Assembly (NCBI RefSeq): GCF_044704955.1
Contig: NC_091978.1
Coordinates: 349,556,001-349,620,000 of the forward strand
Source of the DNA: Pristiophorus japonicus
Taxonomy: Eukaryota
Length of the DNA stretch: 64,000 bases
Direction of reading: 5' to 3'
Below are positions 50,914 to 64,000 of the stretch, piece by piece. Each line of letters opens with the position of its first letter. Position 1 is the stretch's first letter. The notes under the pieces are model-generated. The model ran no database searches. It had not been told where the DNA came from and saw only the letters and a list, made by a program, of their open reading frames with translations. A program made the translations under genes and the position numbers.

Positions 50914-51951
50914 GTTGTTTTTAACTTCATGATTTTTGGGTGCGTCAGTTGCTTCAGGCCTCCCCACGCACCAATCCTCCCCAAAGTTATAATCGGCCCC
51001 CAAGTCACTGTGTGAATAGAGTGTTACTGGACAGATGTTAAGATACTGACTTACAAAACATTTTCCCCAACTCAAATGCATTTTGCAGTTTTTTTACTGG
51101 TGTATTCCAGAGTGATCCGTTTTTGCACTGTTGTATAAACTTGTGAAAACATACCTGTGTACTCGTTTTGGCTAAGGTGATTTGAAGTGAAAGAAATTCT
51201 CTTCACTTCTTATTAGTGTTGCCAGCCTATTTTCAAACTGGTTATGGGCCATTTTTATTAATTGGATCACCAACAAGTATTTAAAAGGGACTACAGATTC
51301 GTTCTGTAAATGGGATTTTTCTTTAGAAAATGATTGAATGATAGACTGACCAATGATTAAGTAATGACCATTCATTGAATTTACCTGTATGCCAATGATA
51401 AATATGAGCACTTCCTTTTGACTTTTGATTTAGTTTGATTATCCCTCTGCTTAACTCACGTTTTCTCATTTTTTTCAGTCTCCTTCTTTCTGTTTTTCTT
51501 TAACTCTTTCTGCTCACCTCTTTTATCATCCCCTGTATGCTTCACAATGTTCTCTCGGTTGTTGACTACATCACTCCATTTTGGCTTTTTCTTTTGTACA
51601 CTTCCCAATCTCCATGTATGCCTATGATTCATGTTACTTCAGTGATTTACTCAACTATGTCTCTTTTATCCTGTTGATGAGTTGGTACTGGACAGGGCTT
51701 GAAAACAGGAAGTCCTTGCATGGCTGATGAATGGCCAACCTTGCAGTCAATTTTAAACAAACCTAGGAACTGAAATTCTGCTGGGGTTCTGCCGGTCTCC
51801 TGCCAGAATTATTTCATAATATTTGATATCCTTCCTTCAAAATGTATTGCATTCCTCCAAAAAAATACTTTTTCGATCGACAACAAAAATGGCCATTCAC
51901 ACAACGCTGGTGCAGCGTGGGAGTTGTACTCTGCTAACTAGTTGAACCTTC

Positions 51952-52590
51952 AATAGAAACAGAAAATGCTGGAAATACTCAATAGGTCAGACAGCATCTG
52001 TGAAGAGAGAAACAGAGTTAACATTTCAGGTCGATGACTTTTCATCTGACGTCATTGACAAAAGGTCATTGTGTCAGCTGTGGCTCAGTGAGTAGCACAC
52101 TTGCCTCTGAGTCAGAAGGTTGTGGGTTCAAGTCCCACGTCAGGAACTTGAGCACTTACATCTAGGCTGCCACTCCGGTACAGTGCTGAAGGAGTGCCCC
52201 ATCTGCCCTCTCGGCTGGATGTAAAAGATCCCATGGCACGATTTCGAAGAAGAGCAGGGAAGTTATCCCCGATGTCTTGGACAATATTTATCCTTCAATC
52301 AACATAACAAAAACAGACTATCTGGTCATCATCACATTGCCGTTTGTGGAAGATTGCTGTGCGCAAATTGGCTGCCGTGTGTCCCACATTGCAACAGTAA
52401 AAATACTTCAAAAGTGTGGATGCAAAGTGCTTTGAGATGCCCGGTGATCATGAAAGGCACTATATAAATGCAATCATTCTTTCTTTCATTCATTGTCTCC
52501 ACAGATGTTGCCTGACCTGCTGAGTATTTCCAATATTTTCTGTTTCTATTTCAGATTTACAGCATCCGCAGTATTTTGCTTTTGTATTCG
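51952..52590. mobile_element. Palindromic Penelope-related repeat interrupted by a Deu-SINE
   Basis: Arms AATAGAAACAGAAAATGCTGGAAATACTCA and TGAGTATTTCCAATATTTTCTGTTTCTATT are inverted complements. Confidence 0.6.
52073..52489 (+). mobile_element. Deu-domain SINE (SacSINE1-like) with an internal deletion
   Basis: Aligns to 27367-27837; possible TSD TCATTGT. Confidence 0.85.
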
Positions 52591-54026
52591 TAGTTGAACT
52601 TTCATATCAGCCGGAGAGATGATGGCAGCTATAGGAACTCAACAAAACTCAATGATAAGATTCCAGTTAAAGAGGAGGCCACTGCAGGGAAAGTTATGAG
52701 AAATATTTCTAAGATAAGGCCAGGGGACAAAATATACATTCTACAAAATAAATTTGGGAGTTCAACCACAGAGAGTGCCATTTGAAACACTGGCAACCCA
52801 AATTTCCGAGTTCTGCTGGCTGAGTGGGAATTTAGGGGTCTGGGATTTTTACCTCAACACTCAACAATTGGACTCACTACTAAGTGAAGTGATCAGGAGG
52901 AAGCCTGATTTCTACCTGGGGAGAGTCAAGAATTTGGAGTTTTAATTTCCAGTGGAAAAGACCACGGGCGAATCTTTAACCCCTCTGCCCCTCCCCTCTC
53001 CCAACGTTACATCCATCAAAAGAGTATGTTTTCAAGAGTTCCCAGACTTCCCAGAGAATTTCAATGATCTCTGGAGTCCACCTGATGCTTCTACAAAAAT
53101 GGCAGAGGCTTTCAAAATAAATTGACAGAACTGCTACTGAAGACCATTGAACTGATAGTACTCACAGAAACAGCACTCTTTTAAAAAAAAAAAATCTGGA
53201 CCAATAAAATGGCACACCCAATGGCACTAGAATAAACGGCAGGGTCTCAAGGATTGGTCAGAATTTAACTTGAATAGGTAAACATTGTTTAGGAAAGATT
53301 GTTGGAAGAGGAGACACTGTATTGGATTTAATGTTTAATAATGAGCCAGAGAGAAGGGAGAGCATCTTGCAGATTTGGACTACTGTCAATAGGTTTAAAA
53401 TATGTAGCTGGTGTAAGTTTGGAGACAATAGTATGTTGGTGCCTCATTTTAAAAAGGCTCAGTTTGTGGAAATCAAAAGGGACTGAACAATAGTTAAATG
53501 AGAGAGTGACTGGGTGCAGATAACTACAATGCTCAAAAAGGTAAGCTTTGAAGAAAATCTTGAAAGAAAATGATTTATATATCCCTATGAAAAGGAAACA
53601 AGTATATAATGGAAGAAAACCACAATGACGCCATGGGGAGTCAATTTGGCAACCTGTACTCAAGAAGAGGTATTTTAGGCGTTATGAACAGAGTAATAGC
53701 CCTTCAGATAAACAAAGGTATATAAAGCAGTTAGAATGGACTTTTAAAGAGTATTAGGAGAACTAGAAAGATCTGAAAGATTGTAGAACAATGGACAATA
53801 GGAAAGTATGTTTGCTTATGTTAGAAGTCAACGGTTAGTTAAAGCCACTGCAAGATGATTTTGATAGTTAAAAATGATAATGAGGGCATTGCAGAAAAGT
53901 TGAATAGATGCTGTTACCTGTATTTAATTATGAGAAGGTTGGATCTGTTCCTTGCCGAGCAATTAGGACTAAAGCCAGATCACAAGAGGAAAGGTGCTGG
54001 ATAAATTAAAAGGGCTGAAGGTAGAA

Positions 54027-54893
54027 TCATCATCATCATAGGCAGTCCCTCAAAATCGAGGAAGACTTGCTTCCATTCTTAAAATGAGTCCTTAGGTGGC
54101 TGAACAGTCCAATACAAGAGCCACAGTCCCTGTCACAGGTGGGACACATTAGCTGAGGGTAGGGGAGGGTGGGACTGGTTTGCCGCACGCTCTTTCTGTT
54201 GCCTGCGCTTGATTTCTGCATGCTCTCGGCGATGAGACTTGAGGTGCTCAGCGCCCTCCCGGATGCACTTCCTCCACTTAGGGCAGTCTTTGGCCAGGGA
54301 CTCCCAGGTGTCGGTGAGAATGTTGCACTTTATCAAGGAGGCTTTGAGAGTGTCCTTGTAACGTTTCCTCTGTCCACCTTTGGCTCGTTTGCCGTGAAGG
54401 AGTGCCGAATAAAGCGCTTGCTTTGGGAGTCTCGGGTCAGACATGCAGACAAAGTGGCCTGCCCAGCAGAGCTGGTCCTCCACCAGCCTGTGCTTGCCAC
54501 ACAGCACTGCCCCCCAGTCACCAAGATCCACGGAGCAGCCCTGGACAACGAGGACCATTTCCCATACCTCGGGAGCCTCTTAACAACAAGAGCAGACATT
54601 GATGACAAGATTCAACACCACCTCCAGTATGCCAGTGCAGCCTTCGGCCGCCTGAGGAAATGAGTGTTCGAAGACCAGGCCCTCAAATCTACCACCAAGC
54701 TCGGGTCTACAGGGCTGTAGTAATACCCACCCTCCTGTATGGCTCAGAGACATGGACCATGTACAGTAGACACCCCAAGTCACTGGAGAAATACCACCAA
54801 TGATGTCTCCGCAAGATCCTACAAATCCCCTGGGAGGACAGGCGCACAAACATTAGCGTCCTTGATCAGGCCAACATCCCCAGCATTAAAGCA
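54027..54893 (-). mobile_element. RTE LINE with an inverted 5' segment
   Basis: Minus-strand 3' part 54027-~54477 (DQLCWAGH..HLRTH, (GAT)n tail); plus-strand part ~54475-54893 (FPYLGSLL..AFGRLRK..ANIPSIKAL); TSD CTGAAGGTAGAA. Confidence 0.92.
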
Positions 54894-54934
54894 CTGAAGG
54901 TAGAACAATATTTTTTACTGAAGGAAATAGTTAG

Positions 54935-55083
54935 CGGTCAGGGGATCAGGGGGTATGGAGAAAAGGCGGGTGTGGGGTACTGAAGTTGCATGATCAGCCA
55001 TGATCATATTGAATGGCAGTGCAGGCTCGAAGGGCCGAATGGCCTGCTCCTGCACCTATTTTCTATGTTTCTATGTTTCTATG
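54935..55083 (+). mobile_element. Young CR1 3' tail fragment
   Basis: GIRGYGEKAG.GY* followed by a (TTTCTATG)n tail. Confidence 0.88.
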
Positions 55084-56205
55084 TGAGATGCCCTAATAAA
55101 TATTTTCAATAGCTCACTGAAATTTGAGATCCAGAAGACTGGAGATTGGAGAAAAGCATATATTGTCCTCTTATTCAAAAAGATTGTTCTAGAGAACTAC
55201 AGGCTTATGGTTGAAAAGACAATGGAAAAATCAAAGAAATATTATGAATGAGTATTTGGAACTTACAGGGTTTATAGCAAATACCCAACATAGCTTAAGA
55301 AAACGGAGGTCATTTTTAATAAACCTGATCTATTTTTTTGAAGCGGTTACTAGAACAGTTGATCAAGAAGACCTGGTAGACATCATCTTTTTGGATTTCC
55401 AAAAGGCCGTTGAGAATATGTCACATGAGAGATTGCGTGGCAAATTAGGTCCCACAGAGTGGGAGGGGGAAATTAAAGACAGATAACAAATTGGCTAAGG
55501 GATCATAAACAAAATGTTGGTTTTAAATAGTATAGTGTCCCAGTGATGTCATGAGTGGATGCCCAAGGGTTTGGAGTTGGTCCCTTTCTGTTCATTATAC
55601 TCACTGATGATCTGTAGCAAAGCATTAGCAGCACAGTAATTAAATTTGCCAATGACAGCAATTTATGTAGGACTTTAGAAGGGGAAAATAGATTACAAAT
55701 GGATTTAAATAGATTGAGGAATTAGATTGAAGTCTGGTAAATAGCCTTCGTGATAAACAAGTATGTAGTTATGCATTTGGGCATACTTAATAAGAACATG
55801 AAATATAACAATAGTAGGTGTTGGTTAAAGAGAGGAAGCAAGATTGAGGAGCAATCATTGGCCATTCCCTCAAAACACCATATCAGGAACCTATGGCCAA
55901 TGCAAACTGGTCTGGGCAATGCAGCCCAGGACCCTTACATTCCAAAACTTGGACCACAAAAAAGGGTTATATATTGCTTTGGTAAGACTGCATTGTCTAG
56001 TTTTGGTTGCCTACTTCAGGAAGGAAATTGTGACTCTGGAGAAGGCGCAGAGAAGAGTAATAAGGATGATCCCAGCCAAAGTGCATCAACTTATGTAGAG
56101 TGACTTGGGCCTGTAATTGTTGAAGAAGTGCAGACTAACAAAGGATCTGATTCTGATAATTAAGATTATTAATGAGAAGGACAACATAAAAGTAGATAAT
56201 GAATG

Positions 56206-56340
56206 GAACTTTCAACTTTGGCGGGGGCGTAAGACGGGCGGTAGCGAATGAGTTGTTGTTATACACCCTGTCCAATTTTTCTCTCCATGGCAGCCGATCC
56301 ACTACCACCCAATTTACGTCCCGCCAAAGCTGAAAGCTCC
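56206..56340. mobile_element. Short palindromic MITE
   Basis: Ends GGAACTTTCAACTTTGGCGGG and CCCGCCAAAGCTGAAAGCTCC are inverted. Confidence 0.7.
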
Positions 56341-57164
56341 GCTTAATATGTTTGAGGTATGGGTAAATAGGTAGAACTAATGGCCACCCATATCTTTTAC
56401 TTCCCAGAAGGTGATCAATCTGTGGACCATAATTCCAGAGGAAAGAGTGAAGATTGATTCTTCACAGTCCTTCAAGAAGCTGATGAATGTATTTTGAGAA
56501 AAATGGTCGATCACAGTATATGAACCGTAAGAATAAATTATTCTGGATAATAATTTACAAGTCTGAGCCCTCCCGGGCTTGATTGATCACTCACTAGGGA
56601 CCTGAGGGGAACTTTTGACGGAAGGTTCCTGAATTAGCTACAGGCTTCTGGGTTTTTTTTCCTTTTGAAGGAACTGAGGGAAATGGAAGGCGGATATATG
56701 GGATGAAATTAGCTGAAGGATTGGGGTGAACATAAATGTGTGGGCCTACAATCCAGGAATTACATCAGGATCGTGCCCCATGGCAATTTCTGCCACTGAC
56801 CCCAGTGGACTTTCCAGGGTCAGTGGGTGGTTCCCTACTTACCATTTAGTCACCCCCTTTGTGAATCAAGTCAAAACAGATCTTGTGTAAGTTCCTATAT
56901 ATCGAATAATGGGTGCCTGCACATATACTAGGCTAAAGCACAATTTAGTGATTCAGAAGTCACAGCAAACCATAAGAGTGAAATTTGAGGTTGTGTTACA
57001 TCTTTGTAACAGGCCCATTTGGTGCTTTGTGTTATACATTCGACTGTAGTCTCTTTGGGATAATTCAAAGATGTTACATTGCCACGGTAACACACTGGCT
57101 TGATTACGCATGTATAGCTGTGTTTCACCTGTCAAAAAGGTCACCAGCTGCCACTGGTCATTAA

Positions 57165-58875
57165 AGGAGTTATATCGGAGTGGGGATTGCTGAGTGGGAT
57201 GCCTCAGGGCTCAGTACTGGGAGCACTACTGCTTTTAATTTATAGAAATGACCTGGGCTCAATGCAAAGTGGTCAAATTTGCAGAACATACCAAACTAAG
57301 AGGGGCAGTGGAATCAGAAGAGGCAACTCGGAAATTACAAAATGAGTTGGACAAAATATGTAAATAGGCAGAAAAACGGCAGAAGAAATTTAACACGGAC
57401 ACGTGCAAAGTAGTGGACATATGAATTAAGAATATGTGACATGACTACCCTCCACGTTGATATGGCTAAAGATAAAGCTGAACAAGATCTAGCAGTCTTA
57501 GTAAGCTTGACGTTAAATATATCCAATCAATGCAGAGTAGCAATTAACAAAGCCAATAGGTCGTTGAACGACTGAGCTAAAACAGTAGAATACAAGAAAT
57601 AGGAGGAGTTGATCAATCTGCACGGTGTTCTGGTCAGACTGCAGCTTGAATCATTGGCCTAAAATTTACCAGGAGTTGCTCCGTTTTTTTTGGAGCAACT
57701 TGACTTTTCTGGGCTATCTTAAAAATCCCCATTTTGCACATTCAATTTGCGCCAGTGTAAGTGAGTTAGTTTGGATTTTTTTAGTTTAGTTTAGTCTTTT
57801 TCAAAAGAGGGCGTTACCAGCCACCTACGCCAGTTTTAGCCATTTAAGCCACTTTGTACAGATAATAGTTGCTCCAAACTAACTTAGGCCAATGTATGTG
57901 ACCACGTGGCTGCACAGAAAACCCTTGCGGGGAATTAAGAAATCAGCGCAGGTAACCAGAGATGGGGGGGGGAAGGGAAGCAGAGAGGACCTTGCAAAAC
58001 ACTAAACACCTTCACAACAACATTCAAAAAGCATAAAAACCATCAATAATAAATAAAAAATAAAACTTAAGTCCTACCTTCCTAACTGGGTCCGGGGAAG
58101 TCAGCGGGCCGGCCAGTGGAAGAGGCCACTCGGCCGGTGTGAGAGGCCACTCGGCGGGCGGGATGACCGGGCGGGAGAGCACAGGGAACTGACTCTCTCT
58201 CTGACTATTCCAGCGATCTGACTCTCTCTGACTATTCCAGCAGCCAGCCCGGCGCGTGTCGTGAGGCCGCTTGGCCAGGGATAGGGGCGGGACGCATCGG
58301 GTCCCACGCTGCAGCACGGCTGGGGGCAGGAGCTACTGCGCATGTGTGAAACCTCCAGAGCGCATGCGTTGAGCTGCCGGCACTGTTTTTCGCGCAGGGC
58401 CCTAGCTCCGCCCCCTAATGGACAGACCACACCGTGCCAAACCATGGGAGAGGCCACAGAGTGGCCAGAATCAAGGGAGATCTTTTCAGCGCCGTTTTCA
58501 CCCTCGGAAGTCGGCGCATCTCCGGTGAATGCGCCGAAAAAATGGCTGAGCCAAATTTGGGTCCATTATGTCCAGTTCTGATCATCGAGAACAGAAGAAA
58601 CATTGAAACAGCAGAAAGAGTGCAGAGAAGAGCCACAAGGCTGATTCCCAGTGTCAGGGTTCTGAGTTATGAAGAAAAGTTGGGTAGACTTGGTCTTTTC
58701 AGTCTGACAGCTGACCTTATAGAGGTATATATGATTGTTCATGGCATCGGAAAAGTTAACCCAGAATATGTCTTTAATTAAACTGCGGGGAGGTGGCGGG
58801 GGGGACAGAACTAGGGGAGACAGGTTGAAACTACTAAAATTTTATTTAAGAATTGATATCAGAAAATTCCCTTTC
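57165..58875 (+). mobile_element. Old CR1 RT fragment split by a MITE
   Basis: SGMPQGSVLG.LLLLIY.NDL..KFAEHTKL; resumes after 58564 with VQF..ERVQRRATRLIP. Confidence 0.8.
57656..58564. mobile_element. Harbinger-like MITE related to 1969-3985
   Basis: TIRs GGCCTAAAATTT and AAATTTGGGTCC; 3-bp TSD ATT/ATT; shared GAGTTGCTCC..GGAGCAA block and GC-rich block. Confidence 0.8.
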
Positions 58876-59639
58876 TGGTGGGGCCCCAGGAAAGTGAGTC
58901 AGGGTGGCAGACGGAAGTCCTGTGTAATCTTTCCCAGTGGTAGAACGGCCCCGGAGGTGGCTTCAGCCCCAGGAGTTCACAAGTAATTTTCTGAAGATAT
59001 TGTTCAATATTTGCTTAACAGCATAGTATTTCATTCTGGCAGCGGGCGGAGGAGCCTCTGCACAGTAATCACAGATTCCATCCACTTTGCTGTTTGAAGT
59101 TTGTTTTTCTGTAAAGTTATCCATTTACACAAAAATATTTTTTACATGTGCTATCCGTTTGCAGCTCTTGTAACTCAACCACAAGTGGTTTATAAAAGCT
59201 GTATTGAAGACACATACTTAAAACAAATAATACCAGCAAATATCTCTGCTAAAAGCGACAGATTCACACTAGCCTAATTAGTCCTGGTGCCATGGCTACT
59301 GTAAGATTGATTGGTTCCTTTGGGATTCCAAAGTGTCACAGTCCCTCAAGCCACTTATAGCTTCATTTAGAGAATCTGAAAAATCCTGTCCTTGCCAATT
59401 AGAATTCCTTATGTTGAGCCATTAGCAATGACTCATAAGGCTTGACATTTCTGTCCAATTACTACTAAAGTTTGTAGGCCAAAGTTTTTTTTCCATTGAC
59501 AGTAAAATAAAAATGAAAAACTGCAAATGCTAGACATTTTCTGGTTCATACCTGTGTGATATTCAGCTTCTTATGTTTTCATGGACCTCATCTGCATCTT
59601 TTCACCACCCAGCCCCCATTCCTACACCACTCCCACCCC

Positions 59640-59935
59640 CTGGTCCACTATTTGCATATTCTTTCTACATTATTTCATTGATGATCATTCATATCACCAA
59701 ACTGGTTTCTATTAAACATTTGCACATCATTTGACACATAAACTCCCTTTCTGGAGTATCTGGTCTCCTCCCCTCCCTGCCCCCTTATTTCTTTCCATTT
59801 TCTATCCTTACTAAAATGTCTGCTTATCTCTCAACCTTCAGTTCTGAAGAAGGGAATACACCCAAGATGTCACCACTTCTTCACGGATGCTGGTTGAGCT
59901 GCTGTGTATTGCCAGAAATCTTTGTTTTCATTTTT
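59640..59935 (+). mobile_element. Degenerate Penelope-like terminal repeat
   Basis: TTCTGAAGAAGGG..ACCC..GTCACC..GATGCTG..GCTGCTG.GTATT.CCAG resembles the 52495-52540 arm. Confidence 0.4.
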
Positions 59936-60237
59936 TATCTTTTGACTGACTATAGTACAGCATTAACAATCACATTTATATTTTTTGATTCTGTGGTTAT
60001 ATTTCCCTTACTGTCTCTCTTTCCCTTTCCCTCTTGTTCCTCCTCTTTCTCTCGCTCTCTCCCCTTTCATAGTTCTTGTCCTTACCTCATCTCTAACCAT
60101 TCCTCGTTCTTCATCTTCTCCAACCATATATCCATGTCTTTATAACAGAAACTGTCTCGTGTCGAAGAGATACATCTGACATTTTTCAGTTGTTTTCATT
60201 GCGGCAAAGTCACAGCACAATTCAAAATGGTTAGATT

Positions 60238-60350
60238 TAGATGAGAAAAGATGGGAGGAGGCTCGAGTGGAGCAGAGCATAAACTCCGGCATGGACTGGT
60301 TGGGCCGAATGGCCTGTTTCTGTGCCGTATGTCCTATGTAATCCTATGTT
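60238..60350 (+). mobile_element. CR1 3' tail
   Basis: TTGGGCCGAATGGCCTGTTTCTGTG..CCTATGTAATCCTATG. Confidence 0.7.
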
Positions 60351-61417
60351 GGGACTGCTTGTGATGATGATGACATCACGTACCATTTCAAGCTCTCCTA
60401 TTGGGCTAGTGGATAAAACAGCACTCTCCTCACTTTCTGGATAAGAGAAAATAATTGCTGCTGTTTAACTAAGATACTTCTTCTGTAAATACACAGTATT
60501 TACTAACATTATAATGCAAACAAATCGGGTGTTTAAGTGCACTTCACTACTCACAGTGAGGCAAAAAACATGGTTATGATGCATGTCCAGTTAGTCCCTG
60601 AGTCTGAGTTTCCCTGTCTAGCAAATAGAATGATCATCCCCTCCGTTCTGATCTGTCAACTCCACGGTGACCTACTACTCCAATAATGATCCCTTCCCAC
60701 ACCCTAACAGCTTCAGGTATCACTCATGATAGTCTTGGCCTCACACTTGGCATCGAGTCATTGAAACAGGTCATTCAGCCCTTCAAGTCATATTCAGCAT
60801 GATAATTATGATATCTCAAAACTTGCTGATTTCAACAGGAAACACCGGCAGTAGAAGAATAAGCACTCCCTGAAGGGCTATGCAGTAGTAAATAAAGAGT
60901 ACTGTGGTATGTTGCAATGTGATTAACACCCAAATATTTTAACACCCCACACTAATAAAACTGCTACAACTGGTTAGCTTTCACACCTATAGATAGTAAT
61001 GTTTTGGACATTTGCAAGTATGTAAACCACTCTAGTGACAAGTATTATTTATTGTTACCATGTGCACCATTACAAATTACTCTGTCAACATTGGCGTTTC
61101 TTGCACACCAAGGTTAAGAAACCAAGGTAAACTCATATTTGATGTTATTCTTAAATGTCCTTAACAGGTCAGTAAGTGATTAAACACTTCCATGAAATAG
61201 GTAATTAGGCTACATGCCTAGCTTCCCAGCCTTTTACTGTCTAGCGCCTACTGGAATGGTAAGTCATACAAAACATTCCAGTTGCTTTGGAGTGCAGTAC
61301 ATGTAATCAGCAGGGTTCAACAATGAGAATTTTTTTTTAAATGTGTTTATTTTTCCTGTCTTTCTCTGTTTTAAGCCTCACAGAACAATGGGTACAGGTG
61401 AACATAAATGATCCTAT

Positions 61418-61690
61418 GACATTATTTTGAAGAAGAGCAGGAGAGTTCTCCCCACTGTCCTGGCCAATATTTATCCCTCAACCAACATGACTTAAAATAA
61501 AACAGATTATCTGGTAATTATCACATTGTTGTTTGTGGGACATTGCTGTGCACAAATTGGCTGCCGCATTTCCTACCTCACAACAGTGACTACACTTCAA
61601 AAGTACTTCATTGGCTGTAATGCGGATTAGGACATACTGAGGTCATGAAAGGCGCTATATAAATGCAAGTTCTTTCTTTCTTCCTTTCTA
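61418..61690 (+). mobile_element. Deu-SINE 3' half
   Basis: GAAGAGCAGG..GTCCTGGCCAATATTTATCCCTCAACC..GGCGCTATATAAATGCAAG(TTTC)n. Confidence 0.85.
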
Positions 61691-61696
61691 TTTCCC

Positions 61697-63925
61697 ATGT
61701 GTCTGCCCTCAACCCTTCTCCTAGCTGTCAGAACTATGATAGGGTCCCTGTTATCCTCATTTTCCACACCACCAGTTTCCGCATTCGACAGATCATCTGC
61801 GGTTTCCACCATCTCTGATGCAATCCCACAAGCAAACAAATCTCCTCCTCCCCTCGTCTTTCAGCATTCTGAAGGGACCAACACCTCCATGACACCTAAG
61901 TTCACTGTTCGTTCACCCTGCCCAGCCAGCTGTTCTTCTTCCCCTGGCTCCTTCCCATGCAAGTGCAGGACATGAAACACCTGCCCATTTACCACTTCCA
62001 CAACACTATCCAAGGCACCAAACACTCCTTCCGGCTGAGACAGCAAGTTATATGTACTTCCTTCATCATACTGTATTCACTGCTCACAGTGTCATTTTCT
62101 CTAGACTGTGGATAATCGTGCTCCTCCTCCCCTAGCTCTTAGAAGAATCCTGCCTTCTCTAAATTACTTTGGCCCTTCCCTTTACACAGAAACATAGAAA
62201 CATAGAAAATAGGTGCAGGAGTAGGCCATTCGGCCCTTCGAGCCTGCACCACCATTCAATAAGATCATGGCTGATCATTCACCTCAGTACCCCTTTCCTG
62301 CTTTCTCTCCATACCCCTTGATCCCTTTAGCCATCAGGGCCATATCTAACTCCCTCTTGAATATATCTAACGAACTTGCATCAACAACTCTCTGCGGTAA
62401 AGAATTCCAGAGGTTAACAACTCTCTGAGTGAAGAAGTTTCTCCTTATCTCGGTCCTAAATGGCTTACCCCTTATCCTTAGACTGTGACCCCTACTTCTG
62501 GACTTCCCCAACATCGGGAACATTCTTCCTGCATCTAACCTGTCCAGTCCCATCAGAATTTTATATGTTTCTATGAGATCCCCTCTCATTCTTCTAAACT
62601 CCAGTGAATACAGGCCCAGTCGATCCAGTCTCTCCTCATATGTTAGCTCCGCCATCCCGGGAATCAGTCTGGTGAACCTTCACTGCAACCCTTCAATAGC
62701 AAGAATGTCCTTCCTCAGGTAAGGTGACCAAAACTGAACACAATATTCCAGGTGAGGCCTCATCAAGGCCCTGTACAACTGCATTAAGACCTTCCTGCTC
62801 CTATACTCAAATTCCCTAGCTATGAAGGCCAACATGCCATTGGCCTTCTTCACCGCCTGCTGTACCTGCATGCCAACTTTCAATGACTGATGTACCATGA
62901 CACCCAGGTCTCGTTGCACCTCCCCTTTTCCTAATCTGCCACCATTCAGATAATATTCTGCCTTCATGTTTTTGCCACCAAAGTGGATAACCTCACATTT
63001 ATCTACATTATACTGCATCTGCCAGGCATTTGCCCACTCACCTAACCTGTCCAAGTCACCCTGCAGCCTCTTAACATCCTCTTCACAGTTCATACCACTT
63101 CCCAGCTTAGTGTCATCTGCAAACTTGGAGATATTACACTCAATTCCATCATCTAAATCATTGATGTATATTGTAAATAGCTGGGATCCCAGCACTGAGC
63201 CCTGCGGCACCCCACTAGTCACTGCCTGCCATTGTGAAAAGGATCCGTTTATCCCTACTCTCTGCTTCCTGTCTGCCAACCAGTTCTCTATCCACATCAG
63301 TACATTACCCCCAATACCATGTACTTTAATTTTGCACACTAATCTCTTGTGTGGGACCTTGTCAAAAGCCTTTTGAAAGTCCAAATACACCACATCCACT
63401 GGTTCTCTCTTGTCCACTCTACTAGTTACATCCTCAAAAAATTCTAGAAGATTTGTCAAGCATGATTTCCCTTTCATAAATCCATGCTGATTTGGACCGA
63501 TCCTGTCACTGCTTTCCAAATGAGCTGCTATTTCATCTTTAATAATTGATTCCCACATTTTCCCCACTACTGATGTCAGGCTAACCGGTCTATAATTCCC
63601 TGTTTTCTCTCTCCTCCTTTTTCTACTTTCTCAATTAAGTTATGTGAATCGATCGAAAAAAGTGTTTCTTCTCCCCCGCCCCTAAGAGCTGATGGAGAGA
63701 TTGCTTTCTTGTACCCCTGCCTCATGGGCACCCCAATGGGGAGACTGAACACCTCTGTTCTATCAGCAAGTGTGGTCTGAACTCCCTGTCACTTCCCATG
63801 TCAATTCTCTGCCCCACTCCCAGTCTGACCTTTCTGTCTTTGGCCTTCTAAACTATTCCAATGAAGCTCAACAGAAGTTCTTCTTTCCACAAGGCATTTT
63901 GCAGCCCTCTAGCCTTAATATAGGA
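61697..63925 (+). mobile_element. Degenerate Penelope-like element (RT thumb to GIY-YIG region), split by a CR1
   Basis: DRVPVILIFHTTS.RIRQII..GSFPC...CPFT..IQGTKHSF..CIHCSQC at 61697-62110; GET.EHL..LPV..H.NS.PHS.SDLSVFGLL at 63735-63925. Confidence 0.7.
62188..63621 (-). mobile_element. Young 5'-truncated CR1 LINE
   Basis: ORFs 62680-63567 and 62284-62655 (LDFQKAFDKVPH, GVPQGSVLG, FADDTKL); (CATAGAAA)n tail. Confidence 0.97.
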
Positions 63926-64000
63926 TTGGCTAGAAATTCGTTGAAGAATTTTTTTAAGGCATTAAAAATGTTGGGTGGTGGCTAAATTTAGTGCCAGGAA

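Larger units (their letters stand above)
53340..56700 (+). mobile_element. Old degenerate CR1 LINE hosting RTE, CR1 and MITE insertions
   Basis: Relic motifs AYVRSQRLVK, IAEKLN, DKLKGLKV, NLIYFFEAVT..VDIIFLDFQKA, KFANDS, LEKAQRRVIRMIP. Confidence 0.75.

Overview
This is eukaryotic, almost entirely repeat-derived DNA. The Deu-domain SacSINE1-like SINEs, CR1 tails ending in (TTCTATG)n, and L2/RTE/Penelope relics suggest a cartilaginous fish (inference). I recognise no host protein-coding gene. The window holds a PIF/Harbinger transposase relic, several Harbinger-like MITEs, five related Mag-type Ty3/Gypsy elements (four of them in two nested pairs with 5-bp TSDs), an ERV-like solo LTR, and many CR1, L2, RTE, Penelope and SINE fragments. 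The main result is an apparently sequence-specific Tx1-clade non-LTR retrotransposon. All five Tx1 copies sit at the same 14-bp site (CAACAGCTCTACAA) near one end of a ~260-bp solo-LTR-like repeat. They form head-to-tail arrays at two loci (8773-22162 and 50329-50913), and each copy is bounded by the duplicated target. Two RTE insertions also show mechanistic footprints: a twin-priming inversion and a locally templated 33-bp filler. All coordinates and alignments were read by eye.
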